Positions 18,627-28,602 of a stretch of 53,261 nt of DNA are shown one piece after another. Positions within the stretch are counted from its first letter, which is position 1. Each line of letters starts with the position of its first letter. The notes beneath the pieces were generated by a model. The model saw nothing but the letters and a program-made list of their open reading frames with translations. It had not been told where the DNA came from and did no database searches. The DNA comes from a virus. Lineage: Duplodnaviria; Caudoviricetes. Where the stretch lies: positions 1 through 53,261 of IMG/VR virus record IMGVR_UViG_3300031687_000019. The stretch is one strand, 5' to 3'. The position numbers and the translations under genes are program-made.

Positions 18627-19544
18627 ATGGCAGTAAATGTAGATATAGTTTATAAAACAGTATTACTTATTCTGAATAAAGAACAGAGAGGTAATTTAAC
18701 TCCAGACGAATTTAATAAGGTTGCCACACAAGTGCAATTAGAAATTTTTGAGAGTTATTTTGATATGCTTAATATGCAGTTACGCAGACCAGATAATGAT
18801 ACAGAATATGCGGATCGTATTAAAAACATCGACCATAATATATCTATATTTAAAGAATACGGCGCAGCAACTTATGTGCCAGCAGGAGGGCATTTTACTT
18901 TGCCCACAACCTCAGGGGCAGGAGTAGCCACTCAAACACTCGAAGGAGATGGACTTCTTATATCGTTTCCTTTTACATCAATATCTTCTTCGCAATTACA
19001 AACAAGTGTAATAGCAGTTACAATAAATGGTGTATCTACCACTGCATTTACTATAAGTGGAACTAACATTATATTTGACGCTATACCAGCCTTAAACGAC
19101 GCTATAGTTATTACAGCGACCTCAGAGGACTTCTACAAGCTGGGTACAGTTATATATAAAGATTCTAATGAAGCGCAGCTATCTCAGCGAAACGAGCTTC
19201 TATACATAAACAACAATCCTTTAACAGCTCCAACAAAAACATATCCCATATATCTGTTTGAAGACCACAAGTTATACTTGTATCCAAAAACAATTACATC
19301 GGATGTGGACGTAAGCTATTTAAGAAAACCCGTGGACGTAACCTGGAACTTTACAATACCATCGGGTCAAAACTATTACCAATACAATCCAACTAACTCT
19401 GTAAACTTTGAACTATCAAAAACAGAACAAGCTAATATTATATTAAAAATATTACTTTATTCAGGAATTGTAATAAGAGATCCCTCTGTAGTACAGATAG
19501 CAGCACAGCAAGTGCAACAAGAAAATCAACGCTCAATAATGTAA
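18627..19544 (+). CDS. head-tail adaptor / ring protein
   Basis: NKEQRGNLTPDEFN..A..Q and YLRKP motifs as in crAss-type ring proteins; position. Confidence 0.65.
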   Translation: MAVNVDIVYKTVLLILNKEQRGNLTPDEFNKVATQVQLEIFESYFDMLNMQLRRPDNDTEYADRIKNIDHNISIFKEYGAATYVPAGGHFTLPTTSGAGVATQTLEGDGLLISFPFTSISSSQLQTSVIAVTINGVSTTAFTISGTNIIFDAIPALNDAIVITATSEDFYKLGTVIYKDSNEAQLSQRNELLYINNNPLTAPTKTYPIYLFEDHKLYLYPKTITSDVDVSYLRKPVDVTWNFTIPSGQNYYQYNPTNSVNFELSKTEQANIILKILLYSGIVIRDPSVVQIAAQQVQQENQRSIM

Positions 19545-19547
19545 GAT

Positions 19548-20765
19548 ATGCCTATACCTAATGGTGGTTTAATAACCGAAACTAATGAACAATATTACGC
19601 TGGAGCACAGAGATTTATTTCGACTGGCGGTATGCAATATACAACTACATTTAATACGGATTTGGTTTTTGGATCTTTTCTTCCCGCAGATCCCGCCTAT
19701 GCATTAAACAACTTTAAATTATACACAAGTCCCAATGGCATTCCTGGAAACTACACTGAGTACGAATTCGCTTATACGGTAATAAATAACATTATAACTT
19801 TTCCAGCACTAGCGCCTCCAATTGCGGGTACTTATATAGCCGTACAGCTTAAAGCATTAAACGGAGGAAGTTTTGGAATAGAGGACGCCTTCGGAGATGC
19901 CGTACAAGAAAATTATGGAAGCTACGCTTATACATCTTTAAATGATGTTATTAATGGATTTATAGCAACGTATGTAGGGGAGCACAAATTAATAGGAGAT
20001 GTCAAAAGAACCGATGTAATATTTCACGCTAAGCGAGGACTACAGGAATTTAGCTATGATACTTTAAGAAGCATAAAATCTCAAGAGCTTACAATACCCC
20101 CAAGCTTAGGAGTTGCAATACCGCAAGATTATGTAAATTACACAGCTATATCTTACATAGACGCCTTAGGGGTTAAGCACCCCATATATCCCGCAAATAA
20201 CCTAACAACTAGTCCATACGAAATTCCGGTACAAGACAGCGCAGGGCAACCAACTCAGGATGCGCTAGGTGACAATATTGAAGGAACCTCTATAACAAAT
20301 GCCAGATGGGCCGAAGCAAATGATAGGCTTTTAAACGGTAATATTACTTTACAAGATTACTGGTCTTACGATAATTATTTAACAGGAAATCCTCTTTATG
20401 GGCAAAGATATGGTAATGAACCACAATACGCTCAAAGAAACGGTTGGTTTAATATGAATGAAAGAGACGGTACAATAGCTTTTTCTTCAAATTTAAAAGA
20501 CAGATTAATAGTACTCGAATATATATCAGACGGATTAGCGTACGATTTAGACGCTAGGATACCTAAGATGGCCGAGGATGCACTATATGCTCATATACTA
20601 TATTCTATATTAGCAGGAAGAATAAATCAACCAGAGTACGTTATACAGCGTTTAAAACGCGATAGAGCTGCTAAGCTAAGAAATGCTAAAATAAGATTAT
20701 CTAACATCAAGTTGAACGAAATAGTTCAAGTGATGAGAGGTAAATCTAAATGGATTAAATCATAA
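19548..20765 (+). CDS. tail ring / tubular protein
   Basis: PQDYVNY and LEYISDG motifs; position. Confidence 0.6.
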   Translation: MPIPNGGLITETNEQYYAGAQRFISTGGMQYTTTFNTDLVFGSFLPADPAYALNNFKLYTSPNGIPGNYTEYEFAYTVINNIITFPALAPPIAGTYIAVQLKALNGGSFGIEDAFGDAVQENYGSYAYTSLNDVINGFIATYVGEHKLIGDVKRTDVIFHAKRGLQEFSYDTLRSIKSQELTIPPSLGVAIPQDYVNYTAISYIDALGVKHPIYPANNLTTSPYEIPVQDSAGQPTQDALGDNIEGTSITNARWAEANDRLLNGNITLQDYWSYDNYLTGNPLYGQRYGNEPQYAQRNGWFNMNERDGTIAFSSNLKDRLIVLEYISDGLAYDLDARIPKMAEDALYAHILYSILAGRINQPEYVIQRLKRDRAAKLRNAKIRLSNIKLNEIVQVMRGKSKWIKS

Positions 20766-20769
20766 TTAA

Positions 20770-23700
20770 ATGGCACAAGAAATTAAAAACACATTTCTAA
20801 AATCCAAGATGAATAAAGATCTTGACGATAGAATATTGCCTAACGGCGAATATAGAAATGCTCGGAATATATCAGTTGGTAGATCTGAGGATAACGATGT
20901 TGGTGCTCTAGAAAACGTAATTGGGAACAATTTAGTTGCTGGTACCGATATTGAATCAGGATTAACCATTATAGGAATTAAAGAAAGCAATTCTTTAAAT
21001 CAACTTTTTGTATTTCTAACGGACTATAAAGATCCAAATCCCCTCAACCCCACTAACGCACCTACTACTTCAAAGCATTATATTTATTCGTATAATAATA
21101 CAACAGGAGCATATACTAGATTAGTGCAAGGGGAATTTTTAAATTTTTCGACTACAAATAGAATACTAGGTATAAATTTAATTGAAAATTTATTATTTTG
21201 GACAGACAATAGAAATCAGCCTAGAAAAATAAATGTTAATGTAGCAAGAGCTTTTACACCAGGTGGTTTATCTACTGTTAGTGGCGATTATTATACGGAG
21301 GAACACCAAATATCTGTTGCAAAGTATAATCCGTACCAAGCTATAGATCTTTACAATAGAGTTAATTTAAAAGTAAGATCAGGAGCAACAACGACTACTT
21401 TCACTTTAGAAGATACGAGTAGAGCAGAGCTTATTGAATTTATAGGAGCAACAGTTGTTTGCACAGAAACAAACCCTCCAACGCAAGGCGTTAATTTTGT
21501 TGAGGTTGTTAGCATTACTGATTCTTTCAGCTTACCTAATATTGTAACTATAACTGTTTCGCCGGCAATGCAAGCGGCCCCTGCGGTAGGAGATTTTGTT
21601 TCTCTTATACAGTCTACAATGACTAATAAAAACAACGATGCCCAGTGGCCTGGGGATCCGGATTATTTAGAGGACAGATTTGTTAGGTTTAGTTACAGAT
21701 TTAAGTTTGATGATAACGAATACTCTTTAATGGCTCCTTTTACGCAGATAGCATATATTCCAAAACAAAAAGGGTATTTTATTAATGGGGACGAGGACGC
21801 AGCTTATCAATCTACTATAGTTGGATTCATGGAAAACATGGTTCAAAATATAAGTTTAGTTATACCTTTGCCCGCATCTGCAAGTAAAATAATAGCTGAC
21901 TATAAAATTAGCGGAATAGAAATATTATTTAGGGAAAGCGACGGTCTTGCGGTAAAAGTACTTGAAAAAATTTCTGCAAATGAAATTTCAGGAGCGAGTG
22001 GTATAGATAGTTATTACACATACGAATATCAATCAAGAAAGCCATATAGAACTTTACCTGAAGCTCAAACAGTAAGAGTGTTTGATAAAGTGCCTGTTAG
22101 AGCCTTTTCTCAAGAATCAGCGGGTAATAGAATTATATACGGTAATTTTAGAGATCAGCATACTCCTCCTGCAAATATAAATTATAATTGTAGAATAACT
22201 AAAAAGTCTACAACTGGAGCATATAATAATTGGATAGAGTATCCTAATCATTCCGTAAAAAGAAATAGAAATTATCAGGTAGGATTTGTTTTAGCAGACA
22301 AGTTTGGAAGACAATCTCCAGTTTTGCTTTCATCCGTGGGATCGGGTAGCGAAAATAATGGTACATTTTATTCTGGGTCTACAATATACAGCCCTTATGA
22401 TTTACTAAAAACAGATACGGATGTAGATACTTGGTTTGGAGATGCAATACAAGTATTAGTAAATTCACCTATTGAATCTGAAATAGATAGTGCCGCAGGA
22501 ACACCTGGTCTTTATGCTTTAAAGCAACAAAATGCCTCCACCGGAGAAGGTTTTGCTATCACAGCAGGTCTTTCGGTCTCAGGCGCTTCACCTATAACAA
22601 ATAGTACTTGGACGTTCTTTTTAAAAGACACTGTATATCCTAACAACGTTAATATACCTGCTGTAGGCGATTATTTAAGAGGTGCTCGTCAAGACTTTGT
22701 TAAAGTTACAGCTATAACAAACCCTACTTTAAATCAATATATTGTTGTCACGGACGGCAGAGTAAGTGATACCTATTTAAGAACCTTGGAGTTATCCGCT
22801 AGCGCACCGGATTTAAAATTTGCTTACACCATAAACGATTTAGGGTGGTACAGCTATAAGATAGTTGTAAAACAAACCGAACAAGATTACTATAATGTTT
22901 ATTTGCCAGGAATACTTAACGGATACCCTGGACAGAGTGCCGCTGGGGTGGCGGAAGGACCTTTTCCAACAGACGAGGTAAATCTTACTGCCCATACTGT
23001 TTTATTTAATGACAACATAAATAAAATTCCTAGAGATTTAGCCGAGGTTGGTCCTGATCAAAAACAATTTAGAAGTTCCGCAACTCTTTACGGTGTTGTA
23101 TCTAATACAATGATTAATGTATCAGGAACTGGTACTGCTTCCAATACACAATATTACCCGAGGCTTCAGTCCATGGGCCCAAATGCTATTTCGCATACAT
23201 CGACAGCTATTGCTGCAGCAGACGAATTTGATATGGCTTTTACAGATCTTTCTTCAACAACCGGAACCACTGGTATTGTAGGGGGTGATAATGGAAATAA
23301 AGTTTTTTATCAAATAGATACAAAGCCATTAGTAGCAAGGATATCCACCACGGAAAAACCAATAGGGCAAAAAAATATCACAACTGGAGCGGGAACTCCA
23401 TACAATATGCTTCCTTATCTATCTGTCTATGAAACAGAGGCAGTGGAATCTCTTTTAGATATTTATTGGGAAACCACTTCATCTGGATTAATCGTTGATC
23501 TAAATCAAGATGTGGCTTCAACAAATGTTGGTGTAGTTGGTTTTGAAAACCTCAACTGGGAATTTAAAGAAGACACTGTACAAAATCAAGCTGTTACTCC
23601 TTCGTATTTTAGTGCTATAAATAATGAAGGAGATCCTTATTTGGGAGATTTAACGCCTTCTTTAACCAGTATAACAAACGGAGATAATTTAGAAAACACT

Positions 23701-25746
23701 GATTTTGATATTATAAAAGGAATTGCAGGTACTGTTAATGAAGGAAAATTTCAAATTATATATACAAAAGCTGAATCCCCTATTTATGAAGCAGTCAGCC
23801 CTACAAGGGATGTTTATTCCTTTCAAGTAACTCTTACCCCCCCAACTGGGGAACCTTTCGTAATACAGCTTAATGGTGTAGAAGGAGGTTTTGGGGCTTT
23901 AGAAAACATTCAGCCAACAATAAACCAGCCCGGCAATATAACTAACGCTACGCCTTCCACGGCAACGTTAATATCTGTGAGCGATATTGATGGTTTATCT
24001 CCTAAAAACGGTAGTGCTACAGCGGCTGGTGAGAGAACAGGCCTCCGGTTTTTCTTAAGAAAAAACACAAGTGTAGCCGGTAACTCTCTTCCTGATAATT
24101 GGGAAATGAATGAGACCACCGGAAAATTAACCCAACTTACCCCAAACAATGAGTTTGAGGGCAACGGGTTAGCTACATACAATGTAAGATTAACAGTAAC
24201 TGATGCCTTCGGATCAATTACTTCACCTCTTCAGTCTGAAGGATATTCTGCTCTTAGGACGGAAGTAAATTTTAGTATAACACTAAACCCCACTCCATTA
24301 AACACAGGGGCAAAAACAGTCCTTGCGAATTGCGTAGTAAATGGAGGAGGAACTTTTACAAACAACTTACCTACTCAAATATTTCAAGCTAATTATGATG
24401 CATTATTTTCCAATGCTGTAAATGGCATTGTACAGACCCTGCCGGGTGGTGTATTTGGACATTGGAAATGGGGAAGCCCTGACAATAGCCCTCTTGGCAT
24501 AGGCGGTATCAAAAGAGGGCAAAGCGTAACTAGCTGTATTTATTACATAGGAAAGAGTGACCCTTTAGTGGAAGGCAGCGGCGCTAGCAATGAGATACTT
24601 AGCACAAATAAGGGGCTTAATATAAATTTCACTCCTGCCAATAATGACTCTATACCTACGTTTTATCACAAAATAGGTACAGATTCCCATACAAGCGGTG
24701 TAATACATTTTACAATCAATACTTTCTCTCCTAGTAGATTTCAGCAAGTGCCTAATGTATTTGCGGTTCCAGCAGCAAGGTTTTACTACAGACAACCAAC
24801 AGCTGACGACTCAAACCCAGATTGGATACAATTACAAAGAAGTCAAGAAATGAACCAAGTAGGTTCTTCAGGGCCGGATTTTACAGTTTCCCCTAAAAAA
24901 GACGGACCCGCTTTGGTAGAAACTTTTTTGGCCTCTTCCCAAAACACACCATCTTCAGAAGTTACGGTAGATCGAACTATAAGTAATTCACAAGACCAAA
25001 GGGGTGTCTGGGTGCAGACAATGAGAGCATTTGATTTTAATGATTTATATGATTCTAATGCTAGTGGGGCTAGTTCAGCTGCGGGTATTGAATACGCAAT
25101 AACTCTTTTCGGACAACAACAAAATAAGCCTCATTCAAATGCACAACCACCAGGCACAAATAATGGTACTGTGAGATCTTATGTAATAGCGGACGATTTG
25201 AACTTTCCCACCTGTGCAGTATGGCAAGCTACAAATCTTTACACTGCAAATGGAGGAGTACCTGGCAAATTGTTTAAGTATGACACTAGCACTACTGGTA
25301 CCGATAGCCCCACGGCTTGGAGATACATAGACAACGATACTCAGCCAACTCACACCTATAGATTTGCTAGAAGCCCTTATGGTGATTACGTGACTGAGTT
25401 ATACACAAATGCTACAAGTAATGTTTTGTTTATACCCGCAGCAGAAAACCAGAAATGGATAAACATTAAATTAGATAGGGGCCTTTTAAGCCCTGTTCCA
25501 AATCAGTATAATAACTTGGTAGATACCGATGTTTACGGTAACACCGTTCCAGGTCAAAATACTATAGGGCAGGATCTTCAATTTAATGTAGGCTTTTCAA
25601 CTGTCGCAGGTAGAAAAATACCTAGCGGGTATGCTGAAGTTGGAGTAGCCGGTGTGAGGGTATTTGAAGAAGAAAGCTTGCAGTACAATCATTTACAAAA
25701 CTACAGAACAAAGGGAACTTTAAGAGTAGCTAAACCACTCAATTAA
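20770..25746 (+). CDS. tail nozzle/stabilisation protein, N-terminal part, with a variable beta-rich C-terminal extension
   Basis: KMNKDLDDRILPNGEYRNARNI, LLFWTDNRNQPRKIN, RFSYRFKFDDNEYS. Confidence 0.65.
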   Translation: MAQEIKNTFLKSKMNKDLDDRILPNGEYRNARNISVGRSEDNDVGALENVIGNNLVAGTDIESGLTIIGIKESNSLNQLFVFLTDYKDPNPLNPTNAPTTSKHYIYSYNNTTGAYTRLVQGEFLNFSTTNRILGINLIENLLFWTDNRNQPRKINVNVARAFTPGGLSTVSGDYYTEEHQISVAKYNPYQAIDLYNRVNLKVRSGATTTTFTLEDTSRAELIEFIGATVVCTETNPPTQGVNFVEVVSITDSFSLPNIVTITVSPAMQAAPAVGDFVSLIQSTMTNKNNDAQWPGDPDYLEDRFVRFSYRFKFDDNEYSLMAPFTQIAYIPKQKGYFINGDEDAAYQSTIVGFMENMVQNISLVIPLPASASKIIADYKISGIEILFRESDGLAVKVLEKISANEISGASGIDSYYTYEYQSRKPYRTLPEAQTVRVFDKVPVRAFSQESAGNRIIYGNFRDQHTPPANINYNCRITKKSTTGAYNNWIEYPNHSVKRNRNYQVGFVLADKFGRQSPVLLSSVGSGSENNGTFYSGSTIYSPYDLLKTDTDVDTWFGDAIQVLVNSPIESEIDSAAGTPGLYALKQQNASTGEGFAITAGLSVSGASPITNSTWTFFLKDTVYPNNVNIPAVGDYLRGARQDFVKVTAITNPTLNQYIVVTDGRVSDTYLRTLELSASAPDLKFAYTINDLGWYSYKIVVKQTEQDYYNVYLPGILNGYPGQSAAGVAEGPFPTDEVNLTAHTVLFNDNINKIPRDLAEVGPDQKQFRSSATLYGVVSNTMINVSGTGTASNTQYYPRLQSMGPNAISHTSTAIAAADEFDMAFTDLSSTTGTTGIVGGDNGNKVFYQIDTKPLVARISTTEKPIGQKNITTGAGTPYNMLPYLSVYETEAVESLLDIYWETTSSGLIVDLNQDVASTNVGVVGFENLNWEFKEDTVQNQAVTPSYFSAINNEGDPYLGDLTPSLTSITNGDNLENTDFDIIKGIAGTVNEGKFQIIYTKAESPIYEAVSPTRDVYSFQVTLTPPTGEPFVIQLNGVEGGFGALENIQPTINQPGNITNATPSTATLISVSDIDGLSPKNGSATAAGERTGLRFFLRKNTSVAGNSLPDNWEMNETTGKLTQLTPNNEFEGNGLATYNVRLTVTDAFGSITSPLQSEGYSALRTEVNFSITLNPTPLNTGAKTVLANCVVNGGGTFTNNLPTQIFQANYDALFSNAVNGIVQTLPGGVFGHWKWGSPDNSPLGIGGIKRGQSVTSCIYYIGKSDPLVEGSGASNEILSTNKGLNINFTPANNDSIPTFYHKIGTDSHTSGVIHFTINTFSPSRFQQVPNVFAVPAARFYYRQPTADDSNPDWIQLQRSQEMNQVGSSGPDFTVSPKKDGPALVETFLASSQNTPSSEVTVDRTISNSQDQRGVWVQTMRAFDFNDLYDSNASGASSAAGIEYAITLFGQQQNKPHSNAQPPGTNNGTVRSYVIADDLNFPTCAVWQATNLYTANGGVPGKLFKYDTSTTGTDSPTAWRYIDNDTQPTHTYRFARSPYGDYVTELYTNATSNVLFIPAAENQKWINIKLDRGLLSPVPNQYNNLVDTDVYGNTVPGQNTIGQDLQFNVGFSTVAGRKIPSGYAEVGVAGVRVFEEESLQYNHLQNYRTKGTLRVAKPLN

Positions 25747-25754
25747 TAGAATAA

Positions 25755-27365
25755 ATGGCAGCAATAATAGAATTAAAATACTTTAATACGTTTTGGCTTA
25801 AAAAAATTAAATCCATTACAGACGTTGAGCCGGGATACACCGCTCAGGTTAATGAATTTGATCCGGCGACTAGGGTAATTCTTATGAATAATTCAGCGGA
25901 CGCAACTGAGATGAACGTAGGCCAGGAAATTACAATTAAATGGACTGTTTTCGGTACTGAGATTACGTATAAAACTAGTATAGTTGAAAGAATTGATACA
26001 CCATCATTTGGGTTTAGGTTTAAACTTGCTGACGATCCGCCGGTGCCTCTTCCCGCTAACCCACTTTCTGGTTACCCAGGTGGAGTAAATGCCGCTCTTG
26101 GCAAAATTATCAATTTTGATAATATACCCCAAGCCTATATAGCTACAGCAGATGTAGATACGGATTGGCTACTGGAAGAATCCAGAATACGAGGCGGATA
26201 TAATAATACGAGCGTAGATTTAGGAGTTAAGGCTTATTTAGTAGAGGAAGACCCTAGGCAAAAACATAGATTTAGTTCACTTATACATTCTGGCATATTT
26301 AATTCTAGAACAAATGTTAACCAAACAAATCAATTTTCAGTCGGCGAAGACATAACCCGTACAATTGACCCAGCTAATGGATCTATACAAAAACTATACG
26401 CGGAAGACACTAACCTAATTATTTTTCAAGAAAGTAAAGTAAGTAAATCTTTAATTGATAAGGACGCAATATACTCAGCTGAAGGAAACGCTAGCGTTAC
26501 TAGTCGTAATCTAGTTATTGGGCAAAACGTGGCTTACGCAGGGGAGTATGGCATAAGCACAGATCCTGGATCATTTGCAGTTAATGGATACAGAAAGTAC
26601 TTTACTGACAGAAATCAAAATGTTGTGTGCAGATTATCCATGGACGGCATTACAGTTATATCCGGCTATGGTATGGCAGACTTTTTTAGAGATAAGCTTT
26701 CCACCGCTAAAGATAATTTAGTAGGTGGCTGGGATGCCCATAACAAGCAATACATTCTATCTATACCTCAGTCTACTAGCAACTTCTCCTCAGAGAGCAG
26801 CTATGACACATTAGCATTCGACGAAACAGCTAAAGGCTGGGTAAGCCTTTATAGCTACAAACCTAATCAAATTGTTAGCTTAAATAACAATTATTTTACA
26901 ACTTTCGAAGGAAAATTATGGAAGCATTATGAAAAACCTCCAAATAACTCGTCAATGGTTCGATTCTACGGAGTAACCTACAGAGCGGAAGTAACTTTTG
27001 TTTTTAATGGAGGCCCTTCTGTATCTAAAAACTTTCAAACCATAAACTACGAAGGAGATAACGGGTGGAGTATGTCTGAATTTAAAACTAATACGGACAG
27101 CGCTTTACCTATATCACAAGCAATTTTTGCCACCACTTTGGATCAAATGCAAAACTCATTATTAATTAATAGTTTTAAATTAAAAGAAGATAAATATTAC
27201 GCGGATATTACAAATAATACATCGTCACAAAGAGGAGAAGTTGTATTTGGAAGATCCTCTTCAGGAGTAAAAGGATTTTTTGCCACTGTAACTATGTACA
27301 CCCAGAGTGGAAGTCAAAGAAAAGAATTGTTTGCAGTAAGCACAGGGTTTGTACAATCATCATAA
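25755..27365 (+). CDS. tail nozzle/stabilisation protein, C-terminal part
   Basis: GSIQKL, IFQESK, YAGEYGIS..PGSFA..YFTD, FDE..KGWVS, KNFQTINYEG. Confidence 0.65.
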   Translation: MAAIIELKYFNTFWLKKIKSITDVEPGYTAQVNEFDPATRVILMNNSADATEMNVGQEITIKWTVFGTEITYKTSIVERIDTPSFGFRFKLADDPPVPLPANPLSGYPGGVNAALGKIINFDNIPQAYIATADVDTDWLLEESRIRGGYNNTSVDLGVKAYLVEEDPRQKHRFSSLIHSGIFNSRTNVNQTNQFSVGEDITRTIDPANGSIQKLYAEDTNLIIFQESKVSKSLIDKDAIYSAEGNASVTSRNLVIGQNVAYAGEYGISTDPGSFAVNGYRKYFTDRNQNVVCRLSMDGITVISGYGMADFFRDKLSTAKDNLVGGWDAHNKQYILSIPQSTSNFSSESSYDTLAFDETAKGWVSLYSYKPNQIVSLNNNYFTTFEGKLWKHYEKPPNNSSMVRFYGVTYRAEVTFVFNGGPSVSKNFQTINYEGDNGWSMSEFKTNTDSALPISQAIFATTLDQMQNSLLINSFKLKEDKYYADITNNTSSQRGEVVFGRSSSGVKGFFATVTMYTQSGSQRKELFAVSTGFVQSS

Positions 27366-27374
27366 TTAAATTAA

Positions 27375-27842
27375 ATGAACAAAGAGTTATCAAATAATTT
27401 TATAGAACAACTAGAAGTGTTACAAAATGTTTTCATAGAAAACAATGAGGTAGAGGGGATATACGGAGACGGTAAATCTTTAGTTAATAACGAGGAGTTT
27501 CCTATAACAAACAACTTTACAGATGGACTTTACATGAGACATCTTACTATGAAAGCAGATACCGTGGTTATTAGCGCGATCCACCATACAAATCATTTTT
27601 GGTTTTTACTTTCAGGTAAAGTAATAGTGGAATCAGATAACGAGGTTGTAGAGCACGTTGCGCCTTGCTGGTCTTATTCTATTAAAGGAACAAAAAGGCT
27701 CGTTAGATGTGTTGAGGATTGTGTTTGGATAAACGTAATAGCCAATCCTACAGATACAATGGATATGAAACAAGTAGAAAATAATTTTTTCTCAATGACA
27801 CTTGAGGAATATAATAAAAAAGAAAAATTATGTCAGGAATAA
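27375..27842 (+). CDS. cupin-fold protein
   Basis: FTDGLYMRHLTMKADTVVISAIHHTNHFWFLLSGKVIV...APC...GTKR cupin pattern. Confidence 0.65.
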   Translation: MNKELSNNFIEQLEVLQNVFIENNEVEGIYGDGKSLVNNEEFPITNNFTDGLYMRHLTMKADTVVISAIHHTNHFWFLLSGKVIVESDNEVVEHVAPCWSYSIKGTKRLVRCVEDCVWINVIANPTDTMDMKQVENNFFSMTLEEYNKKEKLCQE

Positions 27843-28582
27843 TAGTGGCCGCGGGAATCGGCATATTAGGCAGTGTAGCCGGTGGAATTATCGGTGGCAA
27901 AGCCGCTAAAAAAGCAGCAGCAGCAGCGGCAGCAGATAAAGCAAGAATAGGCAGACAAATGGCCCAATTTGAAGCAAATAGGCAGGATGTAACAAATCCT
28001 TTTTCTGATGTAAACTCTTTATCTGGTTTAATAGACGATATGAGGGGTGACCTATCTAATCCCTTTGCTAATCTAGGTGTTGCTACGGGAGCCGCGGAAA
28101 TTCAGATGGAACAAACAGACATAGCGCTAGCTAATACTTTAGATACGCTACAAGCAACCGGCGCAAGTGCGGGAGGGGCTACAGCATTAGCCCAAGCTGC
28201 TAGAGCAAGTAAAAAAGATGTTGCTGCTAATATAGAACAGCAAGAAGCTCAAAATGAAAAAATGAAGGCTCAAGGAGCACAGGATTTGCAAGCAAAAGAA
28301 ATGCAGCTTACTCAAATGGAAATTAGCGAGGAAGGACGTGTGCAAAATGCTCAAGCTCAAGGTAAACAATTTATGTTTAATGCTCAAGAAAACAGGGATA
28401 TGATGACATTAGACAGAATGCAAGGAGGTATTGATCAAGCTAATCAAAACGCAGCAAACGCAAATGCAGCAAAAGCGCAGGCTACCGCGGGCATGATAAG
28501 TGGTATAACATCTTCAGTGGGAGGATTAATGGGATCCGGAGCATTTGCAGAGGGAGGATCTTTAGCACCACCAACCGGCTAA
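27830..28582 (+). CDS. ejection (pilot) protein
   Basis: hydrophobic G/A-rich N-terminus and Q/A-rich coiled coil, like podovirus small ejection proteins. Confidence 0.65.
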   Translation: MSGIIVAAGIGILGSVAGGIIGGKAAKKAAAAAAADKARIGRQMAQFEANRQDVTNPFSDVNSLSGLIDDMRGDLSNPFANLGVATGAAEIQMEQTDIALANTLDTLQATGASAGGATALAQAARASKKDVAANIEQQEAQNEKMKAQGAQDLQAKEMQLTQMEISEEGRVQNAQAQGKQFMFNAQENRDMMTLDRMQGGIDQANQNAANANAAKAQATAGMISGITSSVGGLMGSGAFAEGGSLAPPTG

Positions 28583-28602
28583 TAAAATATAAAATATAAA
28601 AT

